This document shows, piece after piece, positions 10,901 to 21,158 of a stretch of DNA of 35,897 nucleotides. The DNA is from Aduncisulcus paluster (Eukaryota). Both the position numbers and the translations under genes were made by a program. The stretch lies in contig BQXS01011556.1 in the NCBI GenBank assembly GCA_024181965.1, forward strand, positions 1 to 35,897, in the 5' to 3' direction. The first letter of the stretch is position 1. Each line of letters opens with the position of its first letter. The notes beneath the pieces are model-generated. The model was not told the DNA's origin, did not search any database, and saw only the letters and a program-made list of their open reading frames with translations.

Positions 10901-11356
10901 TTACAATTCGAATCCGTACGGCAAGATGTCCTTAATACTCATTATGGCAGTAGTTCCTTCCATATTCCCCAATATGACAACCGTTGAGTCATCAGAGAAT
11001 TCAGCAATGACTTGACGGCAAGCACCACATGGGCTCACCGGACCCTTAGTATCAGCAACAATAGCGATCGTTTTGATCTTTTTCATGCCATGTGCAACAG
11101 CTGAAAATACAGCAGTGCGTTCAGCACAGATAGAGAGCCCGAATGAAGCATTCTCAATATTGCATCCATCATAAAGATCTCCAGTTTCAGTTTCAACACA
11201 TGCTCCGACGGAAAAGTGGCTGTATGGACAGTATGCCATCTTGCTGGCGGTAACAGCACGTGTCAGAAGGTCTTTTTGATGAGAAGATATGGGGCAAGGA
11301 GAAAAGGGAGATTTTTCACGGGGGGATTTTTCTACTGGTAAAACTTTAGTTTCCAT
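10901..11356 (-). CDS. cdd: Cytidine deaminase, homotetrameric type
   Basis: AYCPYSHFSVGA, GCNIENASFGLSICAERTA and SPCGACRQVIAEF supply three Cys zinc ligands and the catalytic Glu. Confidence 0.96.
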   Translation of the reverse strand: METKVLPVEKSPREKSPFSPCPISSHQKDLLTRAVTASKMAYCPYSHFSVGACVETETGDLYDGCNIENASFGLSICAERTAVFSAVAHGMKKIKTIAIVADTKGPVSPCGACRQVIAEFSDDSTVVILGNMEGTTAIMSIKDILPYGFEL

Positions 11357-12158
11357 TCTTCAAATATAATAGTAAAAGTTGAGGATAGGTTTTGTTTCGA
11401 AAAAACAAAAATATTTTCCAGATGAAAAAAAAATACTCCGATTTGAGATATCAGTAATCACCATAATAAAACAAAGAAAAAAAAAGGCATTTCAAATCAT
11501 CGCTTTTTAATCCCCAGAAATTTCAAAATTAATCACCATAATGAGATGAATGTGACAAGAACAGTTTTAGAATGAAATGACTCGAGGAATAAAAATATAA
11601 AATGATATCACCAAAGAAAAGTGTTAGAGGTCCATTATTTTGAGATTTAGGATATGATAATTTTAGTGAACGGGGGGAAAGAACAATCCTAATTTTCAAA
11701 ATTATTTGACAGAACATTAATGGATAATTCAAATAAAAATTGATTTGTTAGAGATATTAATAAAATAAAATTAAAATTATTATTGATAAAAGTTGTTATC
11801 TTGATAGATATTGGCGATTTTGTTTTATTCCGAGTATTTATTAGTAAATATGAAAAATTCGAATAATATCAAAAACAATATTGATATAAAACTGTAAAAA
11901 TGGGGCCATATATTATATTCAGCACTCTGATGTCGTAGGAGAGGGAATTGTAGCTTACAGTCTGTAACTAATATCCAACAGACAGTATTTTGCAGAAATA
12001 TTTGTCTAAGTTTATTGTTGAATTGAGAACAAATTCCATCAATGATTGGGCAATTGAATTTTGTTCAAGACATGAATTATAAAAAATAATAAAAAAAAAT
12101 GTTAAAGAAAAAATATAAAAGTACATCGGACATAATACATTAATAGTTCATGTCATGG

Positions 12159-13808
12159 TTATTTGCCAGCGAGTCCTTTTGATCTCTCTAATGCATCAAT
12201 CCATCTCTCTTCCTCTACTTTTCTTTCTTCATCTGTCATGATTGGATCAAAAACAGCTCTTTCTCCGCACACTCCTTTGGAATAAAGCCAGTCTTTAACA
12301 TCACTCTCGTCTTTGTAAATTCCCGCAGCAATTCCAGCAAGCAAGGCAGCACCTAACGCGGTACATTCAACCATTTTTGGCCTGGCAACACGTGAATCAG
12401 AGAATGACGCCAGTGTCTCACAAACAAATCCATTGCGGGTCATTCCACCATCGACACTCATGAATTGGAACATATCTTCCTCTTTCACAGCACCTCCCAT
12501 GGATTCTCGCTCAGTAAGCACGTCAGCTTTAACTGCAGTATAAACATCTCTCACACAATGACAGACACCTTCAAGGGTAGCTCGGACGATATGGTCACGG
12601 CTAGTGTACGAAGTGAGGCCAACGATGACACCACGGGCTGTAGAATCCCAATGAGGTGTGAAGAGACCAGTGAAAGCAGGAACAAAGACAACTCCGCCAC
12701 AATCGGTCACTGCACGGGCAATACTCTCAGTTTCATCGGGATTGGTAATGATTCTAAGCTTATCACGCAACCAATTGACGGCAGCACCACCAATAGCAAC
12801 AGATCCTTCAAGAGCATATACGACTGGTTGAGGTTTGGAAACAGAAGTTGTAGATTCTTCTGATTCAGAGGTACAAGGATTATAGTAATCAATTTGCCAT
12901 CCAATTGTTGTCAAAACCCCACTAGCTGATGAAACGGCCATGTGACCGGTGTTTACGAGCATGAAACATCCGGTACCAAGAGTGACTTTCGTGTCTGTGG
13001 GATTGAAACAGAGATGACCGAACAGGGCAGATTGCTGGTCACCAATACAACTGCAAATATTGACACCGCTCAGGTAGCATGTTGGATCATCGATCATTCC
13101 AAAGTTGGAAGCAGATGGCATCACTTTAGGAAGATACGGGAAAGGTCCATTGGTCAATCCAAACAAATGACACAATTCTTCGTCCCATTCAAGGGAATGA
13201 ATGTTGAAGAGAGATGTACGAGATGCATTACTAACATCAGTTGCATGGACTTTTCCATTTGTTAGATTGAAGATGATCCAAGAATCGATGGTACCCATTC
13301 GCAAGGTCTTACGATCGTAAGCTTTCTTCACTTGCTCATTGTTTTCAAGAGTCCATTTTATCTTACTGGCACTAAAATATGCGCTTACTTTAAGACCTGT
13401 TTTGTCTTTTATCATAGAAACAATCTTCTCATCCTTGCTAATCTTATCAATCATAGATTGAGTTCTAGTATCATGCCACACAATGGCATTGCACAGAGGA
13501 TGACCGGAAACAGAATCCCAAAAAACTATGGTTTCACGTTGGTTTGTAACACCCACAGTTTTGACTTGTGAGCTATCATAGCCTAGATCTTTCAATTGCT
13601 CACATGCACGATTAATACAATTTAATACTGCACCCATAATTTCCCTTCCATCGTGTTCAGTGTATCCTGGACGAGGAGTCAGCTGTTTATGCTCCAATTG
13701 AGAACAAGTGATGATTTCTCCAATCTTATTAAATATAATGCATCTTGAAGAGGTTGTTCCTTGATCTATCGATGCAATCAGGGTGCGTTTCGTCTTGTCA
13801 GTTTCCAT
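12159..13808 (-). CDS. glpK: Glycerol kinase (FGGY family), 549 aa from the first ATG (METDK...)
   Basis: IDQGTTSSRC, GVTNQRET, AIVWHDTRT, TDVSNASRT, GDQQSALFG, GTGCF, YALEGS, FVPAFTGLFTPHW, VDGGMT and ECTALGAA motifs. Confidence 0.96.
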   Translation of the reverse strand: METDKTKRTLIASIDQGTTSSRCIIFNKIGEIITCSQLEHKQLTPRPGYTEHDGREIMGAVLNCINRACEQLKDLGYDSSQVKTVGVTNQRETIVFWDSVSGHPLCNAIVWHDTRTQSMIDKISKDEKIVSMIKDKTGLKVSAYFSASKIKWTLENNEQVKKAYDRKTLRMGTIDSWIIFNLTNGKVHATDVSNASRTSLFNIHSLEWDEELCHLFGLTNGPFPYLPKVMPSASNFGMIDDPTCYLSGVNICSCIGDQQSALFGHLCFNPTDTKVTLGTGCFMLVNTGHMAVSSASGVLTTIGWQIDYYNPCTSESEESTTSVSKPQPVVYALEGSVAIGGAAVNWLRDKLRIITNPDETESIARAVTDCGGVVFVPAFTGLFTPHWDSTARGVIVGLTSYTSRDHIVRATLEGVCHCVRDVYTAVKADVLTERESMGGAVKEEDMFQFMSVDGGMTRNGFVCETLASFSDSRVARPKMVECTALGAALLAGIAAGIYKDESDVKDWLYSKGVCGERAVFDPIMTDEERKVEEERWIDALERSKGLAGK

Positions 13809-14842
13809 ATGTTGCGTGAATGATGTCAAAAAAATTCAAATCTCATTATCCACATAGGTGCATCATCAAAGAGAGTAAAAAAGAGTTCATGGGCGGTATT
13901 GTATAATCCCTTCGTATTTTTTTTATTAAATTGAGAATCTACCATTATAATGACCATGTGAAGAACCAACTTGGTTATTAATACTTTGGCAAAGTTGGAT
14001 TTTCGGTTCAAAGTCACCGGAATATTCAAAATAAACAATAATAATAAATTGTTCTAATGATTGAAATAAATTTGACAGGTCCCATAAGTCACTGCCTAAT
14101 GCTTCTACTAGATAACAACTTGTTGTAGGTTGAACCAACTAATCCCAGTAGAACAAAACATTTCAAGTAAATTTGAAAGCAATTATAAATTTCAAATCAA
14201 CCTTATCAGATAGAAGAAGAGGTAAAACACAAACTAGCAGTTCCTAGTGGAGGGATAAGTTATCTTAATATCACAGAAGACAAAGTTATTGATATCTGTC
14301 AAAAAAACCACAGGATTCCCAGATTACAAGAACATATCATCATATTTTGTAACTTATAATACAATATGTGAACAAAACTCGGGAGAAAGGTAATCAATCT
14401 TAACAGCGTATCTTCTCTTTTTTTTCTTCTAACCCGTTGAATAATTATTGAGGTCAACTTATATTTAAGATTTTAGTTGTCCCATGGATAAATTTCTTGA
14501 TTATTAACCATCTAGATCCAAATTGTTGTAACGACTTGATTTCTACTGAAGACCGCGTCTTTATATTTTTTATAATATTAAAATCATTCTAAAGTATGTT
14601 AATAGATGAAAATGAATGGTATAGAATCTTGGAACTGCCACAAAATCGATTTTCTGATTTTTTGTCCCATTTCAGAACAAAACTGATATTCTATACTCTA
14701 TTTTCGCCTTATCAGGTATTATATTGTGTCAATATTATTTTTATTATTCGTTTGATCGTTCTATTCCATCATGGAATCAATGATTGCCTTTTTTTTCGTT
14801 TGTACATTTGAAACTTATTGAGGATCGGGGCGTCTTTATTTT

Positions 14843-16031
14843 ATGTCTATCCTCATCGGTCCTGAACTCATTAATCAGGACACGCTGTACTATACAGACA
14901 ATCTTCTCAGAACTCGTGCTCAAGGTACTAGAGCATCTCTTCAACTTCTTTCTCTTATTGCTGCTTCCGACCCCTCTAACATCTTTTCCTCTCTCCTCAA
15001 AACTGTCATTGGACGCCTCTTGAATGCTCCATCCTTTAGGATGATGCTTGCTGATCGCTATGGATACTTGTGTCCTGGCATCAGTGTAACCGAGAAGTGC
15101 CCACATTGTGGTTCCCAACTTGACTTCGTTTCCTCCACCAATCACTCTAGGGTGTGTCGTGGTATTCGCCCAAACATTACAGGCAGACATGACGACTTAA
15201 GGTCGCTATCTGCTGCCTGGTTAGAGGAAGTCTTGGGTCTTCCCATTACTCAAGAAGACACTCGCTTCTTCCGGCATCTAAACACTCGAACTCAGAGAGC
15301 AGACATTGTTGCCCATACATTTGGCACAAGTGATTGATCTCGGAATCTTGTATTTGATGCGCTCTCAAATCACTGAGGTTGTATCGACTGACATTATCCT
15401 AGATTTCACACGGCAGATCGTTGCAGCTGGTAACTCTGTGACTGCTATTGTTGAGCTCGGTCGTGATACTATTCATGCGTGTCTTACGCAGAAGGAGGCA
15501 GTGAAGCGTAGTAACTATACGCCTCATCCTCCTTCTGGTAGTGAGATTGACCCTCGCTACTCGTTTGACTTTTATCCCATGATATTTTCTTCAACAGGTG
15601 TTATTGGTGAATCTTTCCAAGAATTCCTTGCCTTGGTTCAACGTCATCATTCATCTCGCTGCATAGAGGAACTCAAGGTAGTGCTTGCTCGCTCCCTTGC
15701 TTTTGGCAATGCTTTGAATCGTCAAGCTTATGAGCTCCGCTGCAGTGGCCATGCCACTTCAGAAACTATCTACAACCACCGTCTCCTATTTCCTTTTACT
15801 CGCCGTTCGTGTGTGTCTCGTAGGCGTGGTTTGGTATAGATAGTGGGCAGATTTAAGGTTTTATTTGGTGACTTCCGACTTCATCTATAGTCTCTATAGA
15901 TTAGCTGCTCATGCTCTCCCATACCGTTCTCCGAGTTTATGAGCCTTTTTCTTACGCCTACACCTATGTGTCCAACTACCAAACTCCGCCAGGAGAAAAA
16001 TAAAGCGTGACTTAATGTTGTTTCAAATAAA
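14843..16031 (+). mobile_element. Decayed 3' fragment of an RLE-type (CRE-like) non-LTR retrotransposon: zinc knuckle plus restriction-like endonuclease and a probable 3' UTR
   Basis: FRMMLADRYG...CPHCG...NHSRVC...RHDDL...E...RADI...VFD, then after a shift to the next frame EAVKRSNY...FYPMIFSSTGVIG...LARSLAFGNA. There is an in-frame TGA at 15335-15337 and a frameshift near 15360-15370. AATAAA occurs at 15999 and 16026. No RT motifs are present. Boundaries are approximate. Confidence 0.78.
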
Positions 16032-16064
16032 TTTTTGCACTTATTTAATTATCTATATTTTATA

Positions 16065-17394
16065 TTATATTTCACATCTGGGATTCCTCCTTTGATCCAG
16101 CTTCGCCAAATACTTGGAGAAACAATGACCATATCCTTTCGCCAATGCTACCCCTAGGCGAGCAAGTCTCCAGAATGAGGTTTGGAAGAGGGATTTTTCA
16201 GAGACCATGCTATCTTCGCTGGAAGTGTCTCCTGAATATAGTTCCACTCCACTGCTTGCAGTCACGTCTCTTCTGCGAAATTCTTTCAACAGGTCTCGAT
16301 AATCCTGGATCAATGGCTCGGTGGGTGGATATAGCAATCGTAATTACTCCAAAGTATTGTATAGCTACGCTCCTCCTCATAGAGTCAATTGATTCAAGGG
16401 TCACCGAGTCTGTCTGGTCGTCGTTCTGCCCTCCACTTATTTGTTGGGCTTGTGGTTCACTTTCTCCCTGCTGAGATATATCACTCTCAGCATTTTGATC
16501 CCTTTGACCAGGATCGTTGGCAGAAGTGGTCACTGAAGCGACTTCAATATTGTTCGGATTTTGCGGGATAATATCATTATTATTCTGTCTTTGTACGGTC
16601 GGTTCGGTACTCTCACTCTGTTCGCCATGGGTTTGACTTTCTTGAGCCTGCCTTTCTCTCTGTCTCCTGGTCAAGACTGCTGCTCTTGATCGACCATATT
16701 TAATGATCTTCTTTCTCTCCAGTGAGTTCAGGAATGTATCGGCTTTCTGGGTTTTGTGGCTCGGGTCTCTCCTCGGTTTTCGTTTGGTTTGTGACTGATA
16801 TGAGCACCCTATCACCACGTCAGCCACCGCCCGCTGCCTTTCACCATTCGTCGGAGTATGAATTACCAAATCAGGGTTACATCCAAATTGTTCTTGAAGG
16901 TGCATCGGTTCCAGTATCGCAGTAGTATCAAGGACCTGATTTGATATTGTACATAGAGTTTTGTTGACAGCATCATGCATGCTCGTTCTTCCTTTCGAGC
17001 ACTTCTTGCAGAGATAAATGTGATCCGCATGCGTTACTTTATCTCTACAGAGATCACGAGTTTGCCCTACTTTGATCTCTGTCTCACAGCCCACCCTGTG
17101 CCGTATCGCAAGGACCATTTGCGTGTCGGATAGTTGAGTGCATTTCGATAGGGGTGCAGTAAGTAAGGCAGATATGATGTTATCAGGCCGTGAAGCATGT
17201 TCAAGCGCCATCCTCTTGGCATCCGTTGCTTTCACAGCTTCACCGGGGAGGTTTGGTTGATTTATATAATCCCGTAGAGCATCCTCTACTTCATTTCTCA
17301 TCGTCGTTTCATGTTGTTTTATCATTTGAGTGATGGCAGTAATAATCTCTCTCGTCGTTTTCGTTTCTACATCTGGGATTTTCTTCGCAATCAA
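16065..17394 (-). mobile_element. Second, divergent decayed RLE-type (CRE-like) non-LTR retrotransposon 3' fragment
   Basis: LLTAP...LSDTQMVLAIRHRVG...RDLC...DHIYLC...MHDAV...LEP...NPDLV...ADVVI...ERKKIIKY...IAISTH, then a frameshift near 16305 into ORF 16065-16337 (DYRDLLKEF...LARLGVALAKGYG). The first knuckle Cys appears replaced by Arg (CGT, ~17056). No RT motifs are present. Confidence 0.78.
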
Positions 17395-18106
17395 AAAACA
17401 ACAACAAACAACATACCGCGTTTGATGGATCTATTTAATATAATATCTCAGAAAGAATTATATAGAATTCTATAGCTGTTCAGCATGTTCAGAATCGGTT
17501 CCAAACGCTTGAAACGTGATAGTCGAGCAAGAAAGGCATTCCATTGGATTAAGAAAGTGATAATATGATAATAAAAACATAATCAAATCAAACAAAGAAA
17601 ATTCTTTTCAGAATACCACTTCATTGCAGCATTATCATCCCAGAATCATCAAACAATATCGACAATCGGATTATACAACAACAATAACACCTGGCAAAAT
17701 AATACCGTTAAGAATGACAACACAACATGGAATTGCAGATGAATCCAAGAAGAAGCTCGGACATCATGGTCGATATGGAGGATAAATCAACCATAGATCT
17801 AGAAATAGCTAATCATACTTTCAATACCCAATCCAAACAATGGGCACAAAACAACAATAAAAACCACGCCAGAAAACATTTCAAACAAGATGCTTGTCTC
17901 ATAAAATGAAAATAAAAACGTCTGACTCAGCCTGGGCTCAAACAAAACCAGACTAAATTCTCATCACGATCCAGAGCATGCATGTTCTGCTCCACAAGAC
18001 ACGGTACCAAGTGGGGGTGGAGGCATGTTTATTCATGGAGTTAGATTTTTAGTTCTGAATCTTTCTTTTAGCAAGTGAAAATGAACAGAAAGGCAAGGAT
18101 AAGGAT

Positions 18107-18300
18107 AGAAATGAAATGGAAATATATCCATGTTATTGAATAGCATTGAAATCGTTCATAAATGTTCTTAACACGTGAAATAGAACTATATCCAGTCCTG
18201 AGGGATCCCAAAAGCCTGAGATATCGAGAATAAACATGGAAATGAAAATAAAACATGTTTTTAGCATGTATCGGCATTGAAATCGTTTATATGTGTTTTT
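18107..18300. repeat. Imperfect direct repeat with ~131-bp period upstream of the kinase gene
   Basis: gcattgaaatcgtt at 18143-18156 and 18274-18287. gaaatgaaa occurs at ~18107 and ~18239, at about the same spacing. Confidence 0.65.
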
Positions 18301-18491
18301 TTAAATTTCCAATCTTATCTATTGAAGGGTTGCTTGTTCAGTCCTCCATTTTTTCTCGTCGTACAAGCAAATTGTATGTTTAATATATGTCACATCTTTT
18401 ATTAAATGTATATTAAGAAATATTTTAACCGGATCCATTCATTATTCTGCTTGTTTTTATTTTTTAGATAAGAAATTCTATCTCTATTCAA

Positions 18492-21158
18492 ATGAGTTCA
18501 TCCACAGATGCTGTTATTATTCAAACTGTGAAACCTGAGTTTGTTCTTAAAGGAGATTACTTTTGCTGTCCAATTCCTAGAGATGCCCCCAATATTAAGA
18601 GTGCAGAGTTTCCAACTATCAAAGCAAAATATAAAACAGATATTTGTAAGTTCGATAAGAGTTCTTATGCACAAAAGATGATGAAAGGAGAGTATAATAA
18701 TGCATCGTTTACCCATATCTCCATTCCTTTCTCTTCACCTTCCCCAATGAAAGGGGCTTATATCTGTTTATATGGTTATTCTCGTCGTTCAACTTGGACG
18801 TCTTCTTTTTCACCTCCATCACATCTTATATTCACTCTCACATCTTCAAAGGGTGATAAAAGATCCAAGAAATACGAGTTTCCTCAATTCAATAGGGATT
18901 TTAAGTTTATAGGAGATGGTTGGCATTTCCTTCCTGTTGATCTCCCTGACGTTGTTCTGTGTGAAATTACAGGGAAAGGAACAGATGGCAAGTATTTTGA
19001 AATCCTCTCCCTAGTTTTTATTACTACAGAAGAAACCACAGAAGAAATCACATTTCGTGAAGCCAGAGAGAAACTATGGTCTGAAACTCCTGTTGTGAAA
19101 TCAGAGTTTGTTAAGAAAGGAGATAAAGAATCTGAAGGTATGTTGAGAAGACAAAGAAAAAGATCTGCCTTTGGAGTATCTTTTGATAGAAAATCTATTC
19201 CCATTCCACGATATGATCCAAAGCTTGTAGATCCTTCATTCTCAATGGTTAAGTGCGAGAATGATGCGTATAGCAAGGAATCTGAGGGCTATGATAGGAG
19301 CTCAGATGCACAAAGAATGTTAAAAGGGGAATGTAATTTTGAGTTATCCCATCTTTCCATTCCTTTCCCATCACCTAGTCCTATGAAAGGTGCTTATATC
19401 TGTGTGGATAAGGATTGGAGTTCCCCATCTCTTATCTTTACTTTCACTGATCGTGATGGCAATTCTACATCCAAGAAATTTGAATTCTTTCAACCAAAAA
19501 ATTTATATGAATGGCACTTCCTTCCTATTGGTTTGTGGAATGTTGTATTGTGTGAGATTGAAGGGAAAGGAATGTGGAAGGAGAAGAATAGTCGATGTTT
19601 CAAAATTTATTCCCTTATTTTCCTTCGAGGTGATGATATTCCCACCTCTCCTCCTCTTCTTACTCCTGTTCCTGTTCCTTCCACTTCCTCCAAGACACCC
19701 ACATCAACTTTGTCTTTGCCATTAAAACCTGTGAAAGAAGTTGTTATTGAAGGAAATGATAAGGATCCAACACCAAAAGACATCAAACAGAAGAAACATA
19801 AGGATAAAAAGAAACATAACCCCAAGGAGTTCAAGCCCAAGTCTAACCCCAAGCACGACTCGCTAACCCTGACATCTGCATCCACGCTGACTTCACAGTG
19901 CATCATTGGCAGTGGTGGGTTCGGAGAGGTTCTTCTTGTGAAAGTTGATGGCATTCCTTTCCTATGTGTTCTGAAGAAGATGCTTCGGATTGCGGACAAA
20001 ACTGTTGTGAAAGGGTGTCGAAAGGAGTTTAAAGTGCAACTCAAGTTGTTTACGAATCCCAAATGTTTCAACCGTATCCCACGTCCTCTGTATATCCTTG
20101 ACCTGCTTGATTGCGATATGAAAGGTGTGTATGGCTTCCTGATGGAGTTCTGTGTTGGAGGCAGTGTGAGTGCGTTTGCCAAGCGTTGGTGTGCTGATGG
20201 CAAGTATGTGAGTGTTGATGATACTGCTGATGATAGTGAACTCTCAGACTCAGACTCGTCCTCAAGTTCATCTAAGAGTGATGATCTTGATCGCTTTGAC
20301 CCCATGACACTGAACCCTGTGAAAGTGTGTTCGTTATGTGTTGGGATGATCGAGTGTCTTGATGATGTGTTCACGGCTAAACCAAAACTTGTGCATCGAG
20401 ACGTGAAACCTGACAACTTCCTTGTTCGTGTTGATTCCGCTTCAAATCTATGCACCGTTGTCCTTGCTGATCTTGGATTTGTGCAGATCCAGGATTCCAT
20501 CTCCTCTTCAACGTGTTCCAAGAGTTTTGTTGCTCCTTCTGATTCTGATCCTTCCTCTTCTTCCTCCTCTTCCCAACCTAAAGCTTCATCGCACTTGACT
20601 CAGAAACCTAAGCTCAAACGTTCCATATGTGGCACTCTTGTGTATAACTCATATGAAGCTCTTCGTCATGGTATCCAGAGTCAAAGCAGCGATGCTCATT
20701 CTCTTGGAATGTCTATCCTTTCTTTGTTCTTGTGTTGTGATCCGTTCATTCAAATGACTGTTTTGAGAGGAGTCGATGATCCTATGGTAGTTGCGAAGAA
20801 ATTAATTTATCTGATGACGAACAATATGTGTCCTCATCTTTCCAGTTCTCCCCTTTTTGACTCTCTTTTGATCATTGAGGAAAGTAAGTATGGACCCGTT
20901 CATAAAGTGTTTGATGAAGTGTTCACGGGTCTCACTCTTCTTGACTGTAAGAAACGTATGAGTGTCCATCAAGCTCGTGTTAAAGTCCAAACGATCAAAC
21001 ATTTGTTGCCCCTCATTGGTGAAGACTTCGACTGTCCAAGTATTGACGACATTATCTGTGAGCAACGCAAGAAGTATGGTGGCTCTGTTGGAACCATTGA
21101 AGGAGGATGTGATATTGTTGGTGTTGAGCATGAGGAAGGTTGGGATCAGAGTCAATAA
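18492..21158 (+). CDS. Ser/Thr-type protein kinase with two N-terminal tandem repeat domains of unknown function
   Basis: Kinase motifs: IGSGGFGEV, VLKK, alphaC E (KEF), HRDVKPDN, DLG, CGTLVYNSYE, SDAHSLG. The two repeats share PIPR, AQ.M.KGE, H.SIPF.SPSPMKGAYIC, LIFT.T, SKK.EF, WHFLP and VVLCEI.GKG. Confidence 0.93.
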   Translation: MSSSTDAVIIQTVKPEFVLKGDYFCCPIPRDAPNIKSAEFPTIKAKYKTDICKFDKSSYAQKMMKGEYNNASFTHISIPFSSPSPMKGAYICLYGYSRRSTWTSSFSPPSHLIFTLTSSKGDKRSKKYEFPQFNRDFKFIGDGWHFLPVDLPDVVLCEITGKGTDGKYFEILSLVFITTEETTEEITFREAREKLWSETPVVKSEFVKKGDKESEGMLRRQRKRSAFGVSFDRKSIPIPRYDPKLVDPSFSMVKCENDAYSKESEGYDRSSDAQRMLKGECNFELSHLSIPFPSPSPMKGAYICVDKDWSSPSLIFTFTDRDGNSTSKKFEFFQPKNLYEWHFLPIGLWNVVLCEIEGKGMWKEKNSRCFKIYSLIFLRGDDIPTSPPLLTPVPVPSTSSKTPTSTLSLPLKPVKEVVIEGNDKDPTPKDIKQKKHKDKKKHNPKEFKPKSNPKHDSLTLTSASTLTSQCIIGSGGFGEVLLVKVDGIPFLCVLKKMLRIADKTVVKGCRKEFKVQLKLFTNPKCFNRIPRPLYILDLLDCDMKGVYGFLMEFCVGGSVSAFAKRWCADGKYVSVDDTADDSELSDSDSSSSSSKSDDLDRFDPMTLNPVKVCSLCVGMIECLDDVFTAKPKLVHRDVKPDNFLVRVDSASNLCTVVLADLGFVQIQDSISSSTCSKSFVAPSDSDPSSSSSSSQPKASSHLTQKPKLKRSICGTLVYNSYEALRHGIQSQSSDAHSLGMSILSLFLCCDPFIQMTVLRGVDDPMVVAKKLIYLMTNNMCPHLSSSPLFDSLLIIEESKYGPVHKVFDEVFTGLTLLDCKKRMSVHQARVKVQTIKHLLPLIGEDFDCPSIDDIICEQRKKYGGSVGTIEGGCDIVGVEHEEGWDQSQ

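Noticed and set aside
12026..12068. Imperfect inverted repeat gaacaaattc...gaattttgttc downstream of glycerol kinase
   Set aside because: It is short, AT-rich and bulged, which is expected by chance at this base composition.
13809..13829. Upstream non-ATG start given for glycerol kinase in the ORF track
   Set aside because: The context is eukaryotic. An in-frame ATG at 13808 lies just before the conserved N-terminal motif.
15941..15960. gcctttttcttac resembling U5 snRNA loop 1
   Set aside because: It does not match GCCUUUUAC and lacks the enclosing stem and Sm site.
17367..17416. Intron-like gtatgttgtttgttgttgtttttt on the minus strand at the 5' edge of the second RLE fragment
   Set aside because: The donor is good, but I found no open upstream exon with an ATG and the acceptor is ambiguous. 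It may simply be a (CAA)-like microsatellite.
19607..20521. 304-aa minus-strand ORF
   Set aside because: It lies entirely antisense to the kinase domain and has no recognisable motifs.
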